Shown here piece by piece: positions 12,421 through 25,765 of a DNA stretch of 64,000 nt. Every line of letters begins with the position of its first letter. The stretch's first letter is position 1. The notes under the pieces are model-generated. The model was not told the origin of the DNA, ran no database searches, and saw only the letters and a program-made list of their open reading frames with translations. Position numbers and translations under genes: made by a program. Source of the stretch: Camelus ferus (Eukaryota). Where the stretch lies: NCBI RefSeq assembly GCF_009834535.1, contig NC_045697.1:36272001-36336000 (forward strand), read 5' to 3'.

Positions 12421-14039
12421 CAATGCACTTTTCATAGAATGTTAAAACAGAATGAGGCCTTAGAAGTCATGACGTCTAATCTCTGCAAATATGCCAATGT
12501 CCTTTCTTTGCCTTAGTGGCAAAAAGAAAAAAAATCTGTGGAGCAAACTAGCTGCTTGAAGGATAGAAATCATCAATTTGGCACTAGTAATACCTAATAT
12601 ATTTTGCCTTATGTTTGTAAAATAGGCCTATTCTATGGAAAGGTACACAGAAAGATATGCAGGCTGGATGACATAATGTAAAGAGAAAATTTGAAGTTAC
12701 AAGAAAAAAAATCATCCAAGATAAACATAAAGTAATTCTCTAGCTTGAAAAAAAATAAAGTTCCTGAGAATGGGAGGGAAAAAAAAGGATTATGGTGACC
12801 TGAAGCAAAATAAAGTTCTACTCCTGCCCCAGATGGTGCTATATGAACCCAGGAAGCAAGGTGGAGCCCATGCCAAGGCAGCCAGCAATTGAACTTGGCC
12901 TGAAGATAGTAGAAGGACTAGAGATCACATTCTGAGGATCAGAAGTTGCTGTAGTATCAAAGATGTGGACTAAGAAAGAATTTCCACACAAACCAGATTT
13001 GTAACCTAGGTCTACATAATATAATCAAACATTTACTGGGAAAGGGTGGGGTGGGAGTGAGTGTGAACAGAAGATATAGAGGAGTTGTGATTTTGTAAAA
13101 CATTAACTTAATGGCTTTTACCCTTTTTAAGAAAACAAATGTGCTATACTATTAATCAGCTCTTCCTCTGAAAAATCTTTCTAACCTGCTCCATTTAATA
13201 ATAACTTCTTTGCTTGAAATTCCTCACCTTCTTTCTCTAGTTGGTAATTCTTACTTATTCTATAGTATCCAATTTATATGTCTTCTTCTCTGTGACATCT
13301 TCTCAGACTGGTGAGATTCTCAGCATCACATAGATGTTCCTTCCTATCCATCCCCATAATACTTTGTATCCTCTTTTAGAACTTAGCCCATGGCACTATA
13401 ATTATTTGTGTACATGACTTTTCTACTTGGCTATCATGTCCAAGGTACATGTTTCATTTATTTGTAGATTACTATCCCCTGGTAACTAATCCAGCTGGAC
13501 CTGAATGATGATGGGGGAAACAACACTAACTTACAAAGAATGAACCAAATATTTTGCAGGAACACTAATATGACCAAAGTATAAATAACAAGTCAAAAAA
13601 TTCCAATCTTAAAATACAGCCATATTTTTAAGACATCCAACTGGCCAGTTGCTCCTAGGCATTTACAGATTCTACCTATAATCTGGTAAATAAACCAAGA
13701 CACTTGATTTGGATTTCAATTGTGTTTAAAAATTATGTAAAATTACCTAGTACCCTAGGATAAAGACAGTGCCAATCCTTAGATTTTGCATTAATTACAG
13801 TGTCCACCAAAACCAAGAGGAAAAAGAAAGAGTTCCTTCCTCAAATGGGACTAATCTCTGAAATATGCAACGTTTACCCTGTGAAAGCATTTCATTATTC
13901 AAAATTCACAAGATTAATAATGCCATATGTTTTATTTTCTTAACAACACAGATTATTGGTGGGCTACTATTAAAGGTGGACAACAGTATCCTGGAGTAAT
14001 ACTGGGATAGATACTATCTATGAGAAGCTCTCTTGTTGA

Positions 14040-15380
14040 AATAATGCGTGCACAAAATACAATCATACATAAATGATAATAAACTTACTTTTTAAATTCA
14101 TTGCTGGCTTGTAAGAAAGTAAATGAAATCTGTACAGGCAAAAAAACTAAAACATAGTTTTATGTTAACCAGTCAGCTAAAATTAGACTTTGGATAACGA
14201 ATCAACAGAAAGCTGGTGTTGCCTTGGGGAAATTATTGGCTTCCGCATAGGAATCCAGAAATTTGGTCTTGGACCACTTCACGGTGAAAGAGCTGGATCT
14301 GCACATCCTATGTTAATTCGGGACACTGAAGCAGCCTAAAGCAGTCGCAGACTGGGAGTGTCCTTAGTGACCCTTAGTTCCAGGGGAGGAGTCTAACCAA
14401 ATCATCTCTGAAGGAACACACTCCTGATTTAGGTCTGCAGAATTACCAAAGATTATCCTACCAACAAGTTCATGGGAGAACCTGGTGCTAAACCATTCAT
14501 AGACAATTTGTTTCCGGGTTGGGGATCTCATATGTAGCAGAGCAGCTCTCTTGCTGCGATCTATTGAAAGAGAACGGTTTGAAACCGCATAGAGAAGAAA
14601 AAGGAAAAAAAAAGTTATCCTACCAGAAATGTGCTCACAACCCAAACCATAAAACACCCAAGGAAGCAAGCCATGGATGATTCAGCACACACAACATTCA
14701 GTGGATTCAGATCCCAATGACTTCGAGACTGGAGTTACCAATTAAAGAATGGAATCTGATTATATATGAAATGTTCCAAGAAATAAAAGATGATAAAATT
14801 TTAAAAAGTGGGAATAATAGGCTATCAAAAATAACCTTAAGTCTGAAAAAAGATAAAACAGAGTTTTTAGAAAGGAAAAATACAGTATTTGAAAATTAAA
14901 ACTCAAATGCTGACTTCAAATATTAAAGAGGAAAATAGTGAAGTAGAGGATAAATCTGAAGATATTACCATAACTAGGACAAAGAAATAAAAGACAATAA
15001 ATCTGAAAAGAAGGTTGACTAAGAAGGTCTAAAACAGGTTTAACTGGAGTCTCAGAGTGAAAAAAATAAAGAGACAAAATACTAGAACAGAATATATATG
15101 AGAATTTTTCACAACTGAAGAAAAACATAAATCCACAGACACAGAAAATACAATGTATACCAAGTAGGGCAAATGGAAACAGATCCATAGTTAGACATTG
15201 GAACAGTATAATAAAATTGTTTTAAAAAAATACAAACAGATACACACAAACACAAAACTGAAAAGTAGCCAAAGAAAAATGGATTACAGTCAAAGAAACT
15301 GACATTACAGTGACTACAGATGTCTCAATAGTAACAAGAGGCTGGATAAGGAAGAATAAATAATATTGTCAAAGTCCTGA
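14040..15380 (+). mobile_element. Old L1 5' region/ORF1 (or HAL1) remnant
   Basis: A-rich degenerate ORF1-like sequence (GATAAATCTGAAG...GAGAATTTTTCACAACTGAAGAAAAACATAAATCCACAG). Confidence 0.6.
14464..14614 (+). pseudogene. Retroposed 3'-terminal fragment of 28S (LSU) rRNA, SINE28-like
   Basis: GAACCTGGTGCTAAACCATTCATAGAC...GTAGCAGAGCAGCTCTCTTGCTGCGATCTATTGAAAG matches the recalled mammalian 28S 3' end (GAACCTGGCGCTAAACCATTCGTAGAC...GTAGCAGAGCAGCTCCCTCGCTGCGATCTATTGAAAG), many differences being CpG decay. A-rich tail at 14591-14613. TSD TTATCCTACCA at 14453-14463 and 14615-14625. Confidence 0.92.
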
Positions 15381-15665
15381 GTATAAGTCATCTTTGGGCA
15401 GTTAGCTCCTATTATATTGCTAAGCACATCCTAAAGTGTTTAGAAAACACTAGCTGAATAAACCAGCTCCATTCTCCATCTCTATGCCAACTAAATGATT
15501 AAATTAGCCACTAGGAAGAATAAAACAACTCATGGTAATGAAATCTGAAACTGGCTTATTTCCTCATTTTGTTAGAGTCTTGGGGTGGGAGAATGCAACA
15601 ACAAATTCATTACAAAGTGAAAAACATCTGCTAATACGAAACAGTCTTTATACCCCACATCTCAC

Positions 15666-15990
15666 TCTTGTTCTCAGTCAAGAGAAATGCCTTGTATTCA
15701 GTACAGTTGGCATGGAATGTTTTTGTTTATAATAAAGATTTGTATCATCCATACAAATGTTGCTGCCTGTGCCGTGCAGCACAGACAGCCGTTTTGCATG
15801 TTTGTGACAGCCCACTGCACCGCACCGACTAGAGAAAGTCTGACTCAGCTCCAATTGCAGTTTACTTTGGAGTTTCAGATTCTGCTGACTGCAGAACAAA
15901 CTTTCTTCCCCAACAATGGCTGCATCTATTTGGTCATCCCCATAGAATTCCACAGGAATTTGAACCGAAATTCAGGAACTCACAGGTACC
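15666..15990 (-). promoter_or_regulatory. Candidate enhancer or alternative first exon
   Basis: Repeat-free with several retained CpGs. TGACTCAGC (AP-1/ARE-like) at 15841, TEAD GGAATG at 15714, FOX TGTTTAT at 15724. Possible minus-strand donor AGA|gtgaga at 15666/15665. Confidence 0.35.
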
Positions 15991-17592
15991 TAACAAGTAG
16001 CAAAAACTTCAAATCACTTTTAGAGTTGGTAACTTTTCCATTTAAGCTAAAAAGCAAATATTATTAGTACAGAAATCAATTTTATTTCTTAAAACAAAGC
16101 CATGCCAGGTGATACATTGTAGCTTGGTTTGAATTTTTGCGTTTCTTATTTTTGGAACTTGGATGTATAAATTCACTTGAGACAAAATTATAATATTTTC
16201 CAAACTATTCAAATATAATCCCCCAAATCCTACTAAATTTAAAATTTCATTTGCACATGGAATAAGACTAAATAATTGGTTTAATTTGCAAGTAATTCGA
16301 TGAGTTCATATGACAACTATGTTCTTCTGAAATCCTTCCATTTTCTTTCACATTTGCTGTAGACCAAAATTAATGCCTAAACTAACTGAAATACTACTAT
16401 GAATCAGATTTATGTTTGTAGTTTCTTTACTTATGCCTTATCTCTTTTTACTTCCAAAATTAAAAAAAAAAAGATTTAAAGTGAAAAAAAATTAGTGACT
16501 CATACAGAACACTTTGGTATCTTTAAATTTGCCTCTGACGTTTTGTCAGACTACAGGCCATGACAGCTTTAGAAATTGAAGAGCACTTAACAAGCTAGTA
16601 AGACAACTGCCCCTTTCAGTGACTTTAAATATGTCACTTAGGCACTCTCCTCATCTATAACATGGGAGTACTGCACAAGAGGATTTCAAAGGTTCCTGAT
16701 TCCAGCTTTACAATCCCATGACACTTATAGAATCTTTACACCTTCCAAGCCCCTGGCTTCCTTAATTATTCATTAAGAAGCTACCACCAAGGCTGTGAAT
16801 TTATAACCACAGTGGTGGTTTTTCATCAATTCCATTCTTTATATCTCTCTGCTCTTCACAATGGCCCATTTTAAATTATTTCCATCTATTCAAATGGTAT
16901 TTTTTCACTTTATTTTACAGAATAGGCACATTAAGTTGGGAAAGACCTCTCAATGTTGAAGATAATAATGGAATGCACCATAATAAAAATGTATCATTGA
17001 CGACTTAGATTTAAATTAGACAACATAGTAAGACTAAAAACAGGTCTATCTCTAAAAACATCTTTCAAAAGTAGAATATAATAGACAGATTTTAAAATTA
17101 GTAATGCTTGAAAATACAGATCACACCCAAAGGAAATTTATTTTTGTGAACTGATGGAATATGGTACAGAGTTGAAATACATTGCTCAAACACTCCTTAG
17201 AGCTCTCGTTGGAGCAATCTGGGAGTGAATTAATGAGGAAATGGGCCTATGACCTTGGCCCACAGTCCACTGAGCCAACACAGAGATGCTCTCACTCCCA
17301 CAATACTGATAGCACCTCTGCTCCCTACTATAAACTTAGAGGAGGGACCTGAATAGAAGAAGAGGAATAACTGTCATGCTTAGTAAGCGGGCCTCTGAGG
17401 ACAAGCCTTCTAGACCAGTGTCCTGACTGCTCCATGAGCAGGCTGCCAGCCAGGTGGGTCAGACAGAAATGGTTATCAAACATATGGACATAAATGAAAT
17501 CAAATGTACATCCCCCTCCTTTATTTCTTCGTCCCTATTTGTTAGCTTTACTCCCTTCTCCTCCCTTCTATTCATCCATTCATTCTTATTTA

Positions 17593-17880
17593 CTTTTTTT
17601 CAGGGGGGGAGATAGTTAGGTTTACTTATTTATTTATTTTTAGAGGAGGTACTGGAGATTGAATCCAGGACCTTGTGTATGCTAAGCATGCACTCTACCA
17701 CATTTGAGCTACACCCTCCCCCGCACCACTTATTTTTTGTTTTTTGTTTTTTTGTTTTTGGGGGAGGGAAGTAATTAGGTTTATTTATTTACTTATTTAT
17801 TTTAATGGAGGTACTGAGAATTGAACCTGGGACCTCATGCATGCTAAGCACGCACTCTACCACTGAGCTATACCCTCTCC
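17593..17880 (-). mobile_element. Two tandem camelid-type tRNA-derived SINEs (17593-17722 and 17732-17880)
   Basis: Two antisense copies of GGAGGTACTG...TTGAA.C..GGACC...ATGCTAAGCA.GCACTCTACCAC.GAGCTA.ACCCT, each with a T-rich tail. Flanked by CATTCATT and lying in an L2 tail. Confidence 0.9.
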
Positions 17881-18759
17881 CATTCATTTATTCTTACATT
17901 TATTTTACAAATTTGTGTCCAGGCCCTGTGTGCTAGACAGAAAGGACACATCTCCTTACATAGCTCAGAGTCTAGCAGAGGAGAGTAACATCTGAACAGA
18001 CAATTACAATACAGAGGGTTGGTCTGTAGATAGTAAACAGAATTCCTGATGTTACGGTAGAATATATTTGAGGCACGCAATCCAGAACTGGGAGGTCAGG
18101 TAAAGTTTCCTGGAGGAAGTAAAGACTATGCAAAATCTGGAAGAAAGATAATCAGAGTGGACTACGAGAGGGTAAAGGGGATTAAGAAATTTTTTTAGAA
18201 GTTCACGTAAATTGAGGGGAGAAAAATCCAAAGAAATGAAAATTAACATTCAAGAGGATTATAATAAGAATATGCCCAAATTTTGGGGCTTTTATGAAAT
18301 CTTCCATCTCCCTTACATTTTGGTTATTTAGATGGTGGAAACTACTTAAGTATGAGATGACGCCTTTAAGAACAAAGTTGTATTAGCTTCCATTTCTACA
18401 CTCACTGGTGGCCGGAGAGCCCTAGAAGCTGCCTCCTCTTGGCTTCCTTTCTGCATGACACTGACACACAGGACAATTAATCTAAGCAAGGACAATGATG
18501 TAGCCAATTCCATCAGCATTATTTGATATAACAAATGCCTTCCACAGATGATTCAATGAACTAGGAAAAGTAATATACTCTTTAGAAATGTCCCATAGAA
18601 ATAAGTAATTTACTTCACTGACTCAGTGCTGTAACTAACAGTAACATCTTAGCAGAGCTTGTTTCTTATGCTCCAATATTCAATTTCAATGAATTTGAAT
18701 GTCCTTCAATGTCCTTGCTTCATTTAGGAATAAAACCACTCCTTTATCTTGGCTCACAG

Positions 18760-19135
18760 CCACCCAGAAAAAGACCACATTTTGCAGCCTCCCTTGCAAC
18801 TAGGTACAGCCCAGAGTGGCCAGTGGGATGGTGAGCTGTGGTGACAGTGCAACTTCTGGGTCATGATCTTAAAGGAACATGTGGTACCCACCACTACCTT
18901 TCTGTCCCTATTTTTTATCTGTGGGATAAGGAAATGCTTGCAAAAGTTAGAGCAGCTATTTGGGATCACAAAATGGAAGCATGTAATGCAAAACAACCAA
19001 ACTGAGGATGCCTGGGCCCCACGGACCAAGCCCTAGACCACTGATGGAGATTTTTACGTGAGAATGATATTTCTATCTTGCTATGTCTACTGTATTTTAG
19101 AGTCTATTTATTATAGAAGCCTGATATGTAGCCTA
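18760..19135 (+). mobile_element. MaLR solo LTR (MLT1J-like)
   Basis: ACATTTTGCAGCCTCCCTTGCAACTAGGT...GAGCAGCTATTTGGGA...TTTCTATCTTG. Confidence 0.6.
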
Positions 19136-22100
19136 ACAAATTGAACCATCAGCTGCCTTGCATGTCCAAAGGCATTTCCAGATGGCTGGTACACTGCCCC
19201 AAAGCAAATATTTGGCAATAGGGAACTCAAATCATCAATGCCTCATTTTTGTATCATTTTTGTACTTATTATTTGCTTCACATCAAATGCGAATAGTGCT
19301 AAGTAGAAAGAACAACCTTTGTTACCATGAGTCCTTGCAGAAGCTTGGAAACTTTTTACTTGCCCTAATATACTCAGGCTGCCCATGAAACAGTCTTCCT
19401 AGCAGCCACAAGAGATTAACTTTCCTGATGAGCAAGCATTCTCTTTGTAGATTGTTTTATTGCGATAATTTTGACTCATCTCTTGCTTGAGGAGGGTACT
19501 TTTCAAACATATTAAATGAATTATAAAAATGCCTTTCCCAAACAGGAGCCACTGAACATTCCCAACAGCTAATAGACTCTTACACGTTATAAAGTGTGTT
19601 ACTTCAGGCCACACAGAGGCTGACTCAGTGGAACATACAATCTAAAGGGAAGTATGGACAGTAATGAAACTCTCTGGAAATGATAATCCTTTGCAATGTT
19701 AAGTTTAAGACAAGAACCTGCATAAGAACCATGCCACAAAACATCTCCTCTTAACTCCCTCTTAAGGAGTAATGAACCATGGCAACTTTGACCTAGAATA
19801 ATATTCTGCACTAGCAAATCAACAGCCCAGCATCCCTGAAAGTACTGGTCTGAATAGGACACTAATATTTTAGATATATTACAGAAGTAGTTTCCAACTA
19901 CTTTTAATTATAATATACGATATCCTTGTTTGATTTCAAGTAGCACTTCATTATGCAAAGGGCTTTTACAAATTACATAAGCTTTTGACATTTTGAATTT
20001 TTAGTTGACCTGGTAGAGAAGGGAGAGAAAAACTTCCCAGGAAGATGCAGGGACTGTGCCAGACTCTGGATACCAGGAAGACAACTTTATCTCTGACGTC
20101 AAATAGTTCAAAGTCAAATGGGGAGCCTTTATGCCTGGCATCTTCAAGAATGAAGGATTAGAACTGTGAGGCAGGGTGGAAGGTCCCTACTTGAATGACA
20201 CTATTCATCTGGGGACATGGGAGTGGGGGTCTGGGTTGACTCAGTGACTGGGGAGCACTACAGGCATTCAGTGTGGAAGCTGGGAAAGGGAACCAGGGTC
20301 ATTAAATATCCTTCAGTGCCTACAGCAGACTTGCACAACAAAGTCGAAAATGTCAATTGCATTTCTCCTGGAGGACAGGGCAGGTCAAGTTATGCAGTGG
20401 GATAAAAGTGGTGAAAGTGTCTTCAGAATGGCCTTTATAATTTTCCTCCCTTCTCTCCCAATATGCAGCCCTTTGCTTTCAGGGCAGCCATATGGCTGTC
20501 TGCTCTACATTTAAGGGAACATAATTAAAATCATAGATATCATAGATCTGTATACTGATTATGGTAATTACTTGGCAGAAGCAGTGGAGTGCCTTGAGGA
20601 AAGAGGGCCTTTTCTTACTCTTATTAAGGTACTGTCTGGGCTAGTGGTAGTTCTGTGTTTTTTCTCTCCAACTCTGCACATGTACAAGGGCAACTGGTCT
20701 TGGTGGGGAAGGAAGTGACGGTTCTGATAAGGATGGATGGAAAGAAGAGAAGAGTAAGGAAGATGGTCCGGTTTCTCTCTGTGTCCCACCCAAGTGCTCC
20801 ATAAATGTTAAAGAGCATTAACAGCTGCACCTAGACTTCAGTCCACCTGCATTGATCTTCTGCCTGTAGCCGACCTGCTAGGTTTGGGGACTGGCTTCTG
20901 TTCCCAAGGTATGTTACAGAAGGAGTTAGCAGTCTCCATCTATGTGACCTAGCCCTGGAGCCGGGTTTCAGACCACTATACAGTAGGTGCTGCTCCCAAG
21001 ATTCCATTCTGGGCTTCAAGTTTCCCGCTTCCTAGTCTCTGGTGCTGACTATTGCCTCCTGACAGGGTCCCACCTCCAATTGGGAGAGTCCTCCAAGCAC
21101 CCAAGTTGCCCAAAAGCAAAGGTATCAAACATGTTTTTTAAAAACTCCATTCATTGTCTGAATTTAACCTAAATTATTCCAAAACATTAATTTAAGCTAC
21201 TGTGTCAGCTACTAAGCGTAACAAATAGTGTGTGTGCGTGCACGCAGGCACACAACTGCTTGAAAATACTTAAAACTGTGATTACAATCTATGAGTGAGA
21301 CCGTCAGACTCTCTTGATTAAACAGAAGTCTAAGGTTAATTTGTAACAAATGAACATTTTTCAAAATAAAAGCATGACACATAAAAGTTAATAAAACTGG
21401 CTCCATGTTAATTAAATTTATTTTCCTTCAGAAATATCCTGCCTCTCTTCTAAATGCAACATGAATAGCCTTGTGAAAATAATGTAGAAAATCATGAAAC
21501 ATACAAATCAGCAACTACTAACAGAAAAAATCAAGAGGAATACTCTAATGTACAGATGAAATTCTACCAGGTAGGACTTACCCTATAATCAGCATTTTCC
21601 AGATTTTGCTCAAGTTATGATCAAGAAGACAATGTTTAACATTGACCCAGCTCTTATCGACATGCTAGGCACTGCCCCACACACTTTGCATGTTAATTCA
21701 TTTGATCTTTACAACAGGCCTATGAGATGGTTCTATTACCATCCTCATTTTACAGTCTGAGTCCTTCTCATCCTTCAAGGTTTGATTTAAATTTCACTTC
21801 TTCACAAGTCTTTCCTGAATTACATCTACCTCCCTCACCAATTCGAGTTATTGTCTACCTCCCCCTTTCCACTATTTTATGTGCCTCCCTTTTATGGGAC
21901 TTACCATAGCTCACCTCAAAGTTCTTCATGTATGTTTCTCTTTCTTGCCACTACATCACAAATTGCTGGACAGGTAGACTGTCTTCATTGCTGTATCCCT
22001 ACAGTGACTAACAGATTCTTGCACAAAGTACATGCCCAGCAAATGTTGGTGGAACTAACACTAGCATTAACAGAAGAAGAAAAAGAAAGGAATTTAGCAG

Positions 22101-22189
22101 CAGCTTTAGAAACAAAGAAAGAATCATGAATAAAAAACAACTAGCAGTTATTCTCTGTGTCTGCAGATGAGAGAACAGAAGAGATCCAG

Positions 22190-23400
22190 GGATTATGGGA
22201 TAAAATATTTAGTTAAATAAGAGGTAAACATATAACCATAATTAAACCAAAAGAAAATACAGGTGAATGTTTACATAATCTTGAGAGGTGGGAGGCACTG
22301 CTAAACATGACACCAAAGCAAAATCAAGCAAGAGAGGAATGAAATAAATGGTCAAGATCACCAGCTTTGAGTCAGGCTGCATGGATTCAATTCCCAAGCT
22401 GCCATTTGTGGAGTCAATTTCTTCACTGTAAAATGGGATGACAATAATAATACCTGAATCATACAGTTTGTAGGGTGGAATGAATGAGATAATGACTGTA
22501 AAGTTCTTACCACAATGCATGACAAAATCTTCTTCCTAAAGTCTTCCAAAAATGTTCAAAAGCAAACCAACAGAGGAAAAGACAGATGGAATTACACAAA
22601 AATAGACTTTGTATTCTAAAAAAAGTACCCATAAATAAATAAATATTAAATAACAAACAGGATGGAAAATGATGGATATCCTAAATATTTGAAGAGCTTT
22701 TACAAATTAACAAGAAAATTAAAACCCTAGTAGAAAAAAATAAAAAAGCACAATTCAGCATTTCACAAAATACGAATTTATACAATGAAATGACCAAACA
22801 TGAAAACATTCCACCTTAATTAAGTAATTGAAGAGTGTTAGATAGTTAAAATGAGATATAAATTTTGCTTATTAAATCAGCAATATTGATGATGGTATGA
22901 AGCAACAGGCATGCTTATTACACTTCGTGAAGAGTTTAAATTTGCACATTTCTATAGGACATTTTGCCCAATAAGCATCAAAAGCTTTAAAATGTACATA
23001 CTTTTTGACCAAGGAAATCTAGATATTCGTATCAAAAAAATAAAAATTGACAGGCACAAATATATAATCTTGTTTAGAAGAGTGAAGAATTGAATGAGAA
23101 TAGCTAGTGGATTACAAAGCCTTTACAACACTGTGACTACTGTGACCTCATGGAAGATATTTAATGTCCTGAATGAAAAAAACAAATGTTACAACAGCAT
23201 TACTACATGACTCTATTTTCATTAAAAAACAACAATAACAGTGTGTGTGTGTGCGTGTGTGTATGTGTGTTTGTGTGTGTGTAAATGGACACATAAAAAA
23301 GACCTGAAAGGAAACATACCAAACACTGAAATCAATTTATATAGATAGTAAAATTATAGGTGACTTTGGAAAGCTATAACATATTCTAAATTTTTATGAT
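22190..23400 (+). mobile_element. L1ME fragments interrupted by a MIR (about 22345-22520) and a (TG)n tract (23241-23282)
   Basis: Degenerate L1 ORF2/3' UTR motifs; MIR core CTGTAAAATGGGATGACAATAATAATACCT. Confidence 0.6.
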
Positions 23401-24379
23401 TTATTTTTTGTAATTTAGAAAATAATTTTTAAAATTGTCTTTATCAAAAGAAAAAAATTAACCATTAACCTTCCCTATCATTACAAGACCCCTGATATTA
23501 GATGCTGTTCATCAGCATTGATCTATGATGGCTGCACTGTGCTCCTTGGATGGGGCATACAAGAATGAGAATCATCCCACAATTTCTACGAGTATTTAAG
23601 AAGTTCAGTAGTTCAATGGAAAAGTTCAATTATACACCAAACAACTCAAAAGAACATCACATGCTTAATGGTAAAATGGCATCAGGAGAAAAAAAAACCA
23701 ACAACTAAGTAGTCGTGGATAAAGTTAAAACCTTAATCTCATGCTAACTCAGCAGGAAAAAGAAAAAACAAAAACAAACATTAATTATGAAAGATTTAGT
23801 GATCTGTATGGTTACAGTTCTAGAAACACTTTAGTGTGTGTTTATCTATGCTATAACTCATTGCTTTCTGCAGATTTAAAGAGACCTCTTGGCTGACAGT
23901 TCAAATGCATGGTCACAGCTAAGGGAAAAAAATCAGTTCAATCACTTGGGAAATAGGCAAAAGGAGAAAGTCCTCATGCTTCAAAGATGGGGGGTGTGTG
24001 TGTGTGTGTTTCTAACTTTATAATAAATATAAGAAAGGCTTAAGTTCAGAATGAAGCCAGCATGAATACAAATACATTGAGCCCCCACTCCCCTGCAGGG
24101 AAGGGAGGGAGCAGAAACAGCGCTGTGTCACTAGATTGTGCACTGATTCATTCTTACAACTATTACTGAACAAAGGTCTCAAAAGAGTTCAGAGCAGACC
24201 TATGGTATTGACTTGTGCCTTTTTAAAACTAATGAAACACTAGATCCAACTGAAGATTCTTAATTTCATCTAATAAAATAAATCTTGAAAACAAAGTGCT
24301 AAAAAAAAAACAAAACAGTGAGTAAGCAAGACTAACAACTGCTTACATTGCTATCCACTGTCTATCCCAGGTTAGGTGA

Positions 24380-24890
24380 TCACTTGTTTTTTCCGCCCAG
24401 CACTCATTGGCCCTTCTCTGGTGAAGAGTACCCAGGTTTCCTTTGGAGGGACTACCTCTCACATTTTCGCTCATATGGTGGGGTTGATCTCATTTCCTAA
24501 CTTCAGGAACTAATGAGTAACCCAGGAATAGTCATGCAAATATTCACTCCACTAGATGGAAGGGATGTTCAGCAGCCACATGGCCCAATCCAGGACCATT
24601 TCAGGCAAGAATTATCAGACTCAAAACTTTTCTTCAAGCTCCTGGGAAAGAAGTATATTCTTTCTTCCCTAGCTCCATGCTTAGAGAATATAAGCCTTTA
24701 TCTTTGCCATCATTTGGAAAGAATCTACCTTAAAATGAAACTAATGAAGAAGGGGGTAGAACCAAGAAACAGAGACAAACAGACTCCTGATATACTATTT
24801 TTAAAGGTTGGATCCAACCATGCCTGAAGCTATTTGTCTTCGTTTGATTTGGATTTCTGTCACATGAAACCAAAAGGAAGTAATAAATAT
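24380..24890 (+). mobile_element. Old MaLR LTR (MLT1K/J-like)
   Basis: GGCCCAATCCAG...TTGGATCCAACCATGCCTGAAGC...TTTCTGTCAC. Confidence 0.55.
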
Positions 24891-24940
24891 GAGGAAAGGA
24901 AGGTTAGATGGTTTTCTCCTCCCTCCCCAATTGATCTACC

Positions 24941-25310
24941 TGTCTTAGTCATCTGGGACTCCTTTAACAAAATACCATAGACTGGTGGTTTAAAGAACAG
25001 ACATTTATTTCCCATAGTTCTGGAGGCTGGAAGTCTGAGATCAAGGTGCCAGTGTGGTCAGGTTCTGAGGATGGTCCTCTTCCTGACTTGCAAACTTTGC
25101 TACCTTCTTGCTGTGTCCTCAGATGGTGGATAAAGAGCAAGCTCTCTGATCTCTCCTAATAAAGGCACTAATTTTATGGTGAGGATCCCACCCTCATGAC
25201 CTCACCTAAACCTAGTCACCTCCAAAAGGCCCCACCTCCAAATAGCATCATGTTGAGGGGCAGGGATTCAACACACAAATTGTGAAGGGACAAAAAACTG
25301 GCCATAATAC
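24941..25310 (-). mobile_element. MaLR solo LTR (MLT1A-like)
   Basis: TGTCTTAGTC...AAATACCATAGACTG...TTCTGGAGGCTGGAAGTCTGAGATCAAGGTGCCAG...CCATA. Confidence 0.85.
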
Positions 25311-25765
25311 TACCTAAACTGCCTTTATACATACACAAAAATAGACTAGAGGAGGTTATACTATGCTACTTCCAAGCACATCTGTGTAACCTTCATTGTA
25401 CTAGAATCCATCACTAGAATATTGGCTATGCCCTAAGTGCATAACACCGCTTATTCCAAAGCCTAGTCCAGTGCCTTGCACGTAACATGACTCAATGAAT
25501 ATTTGCTGAAAAATTAATAACATGATATGAAAATAGACAGGAGAGATCTAATTTCATATGAGAAACTAGAAATTCTAGAGGTACATTCCAACACTTTCAT
25601 CAATCTGAAACCCTCCTGATAGAATCAATCTATTTCTTCATCTCTTTAGCACAATCTTTAACTGGAACAAAATACTTTAATAATGGAAAATAATCCCCAA
25701 TCAGTGGCCTCTTCTATTTAACTAACTAAGGAAACAGTTCTGAAATTTTAGTGGAGACAGATGCT

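Noticed and set aside
14464..14590. Functional rRNA gene
   Set aside because: Only about 110 nt, CpG-decayed, tailed and TSD-flanked; a retrocopy.
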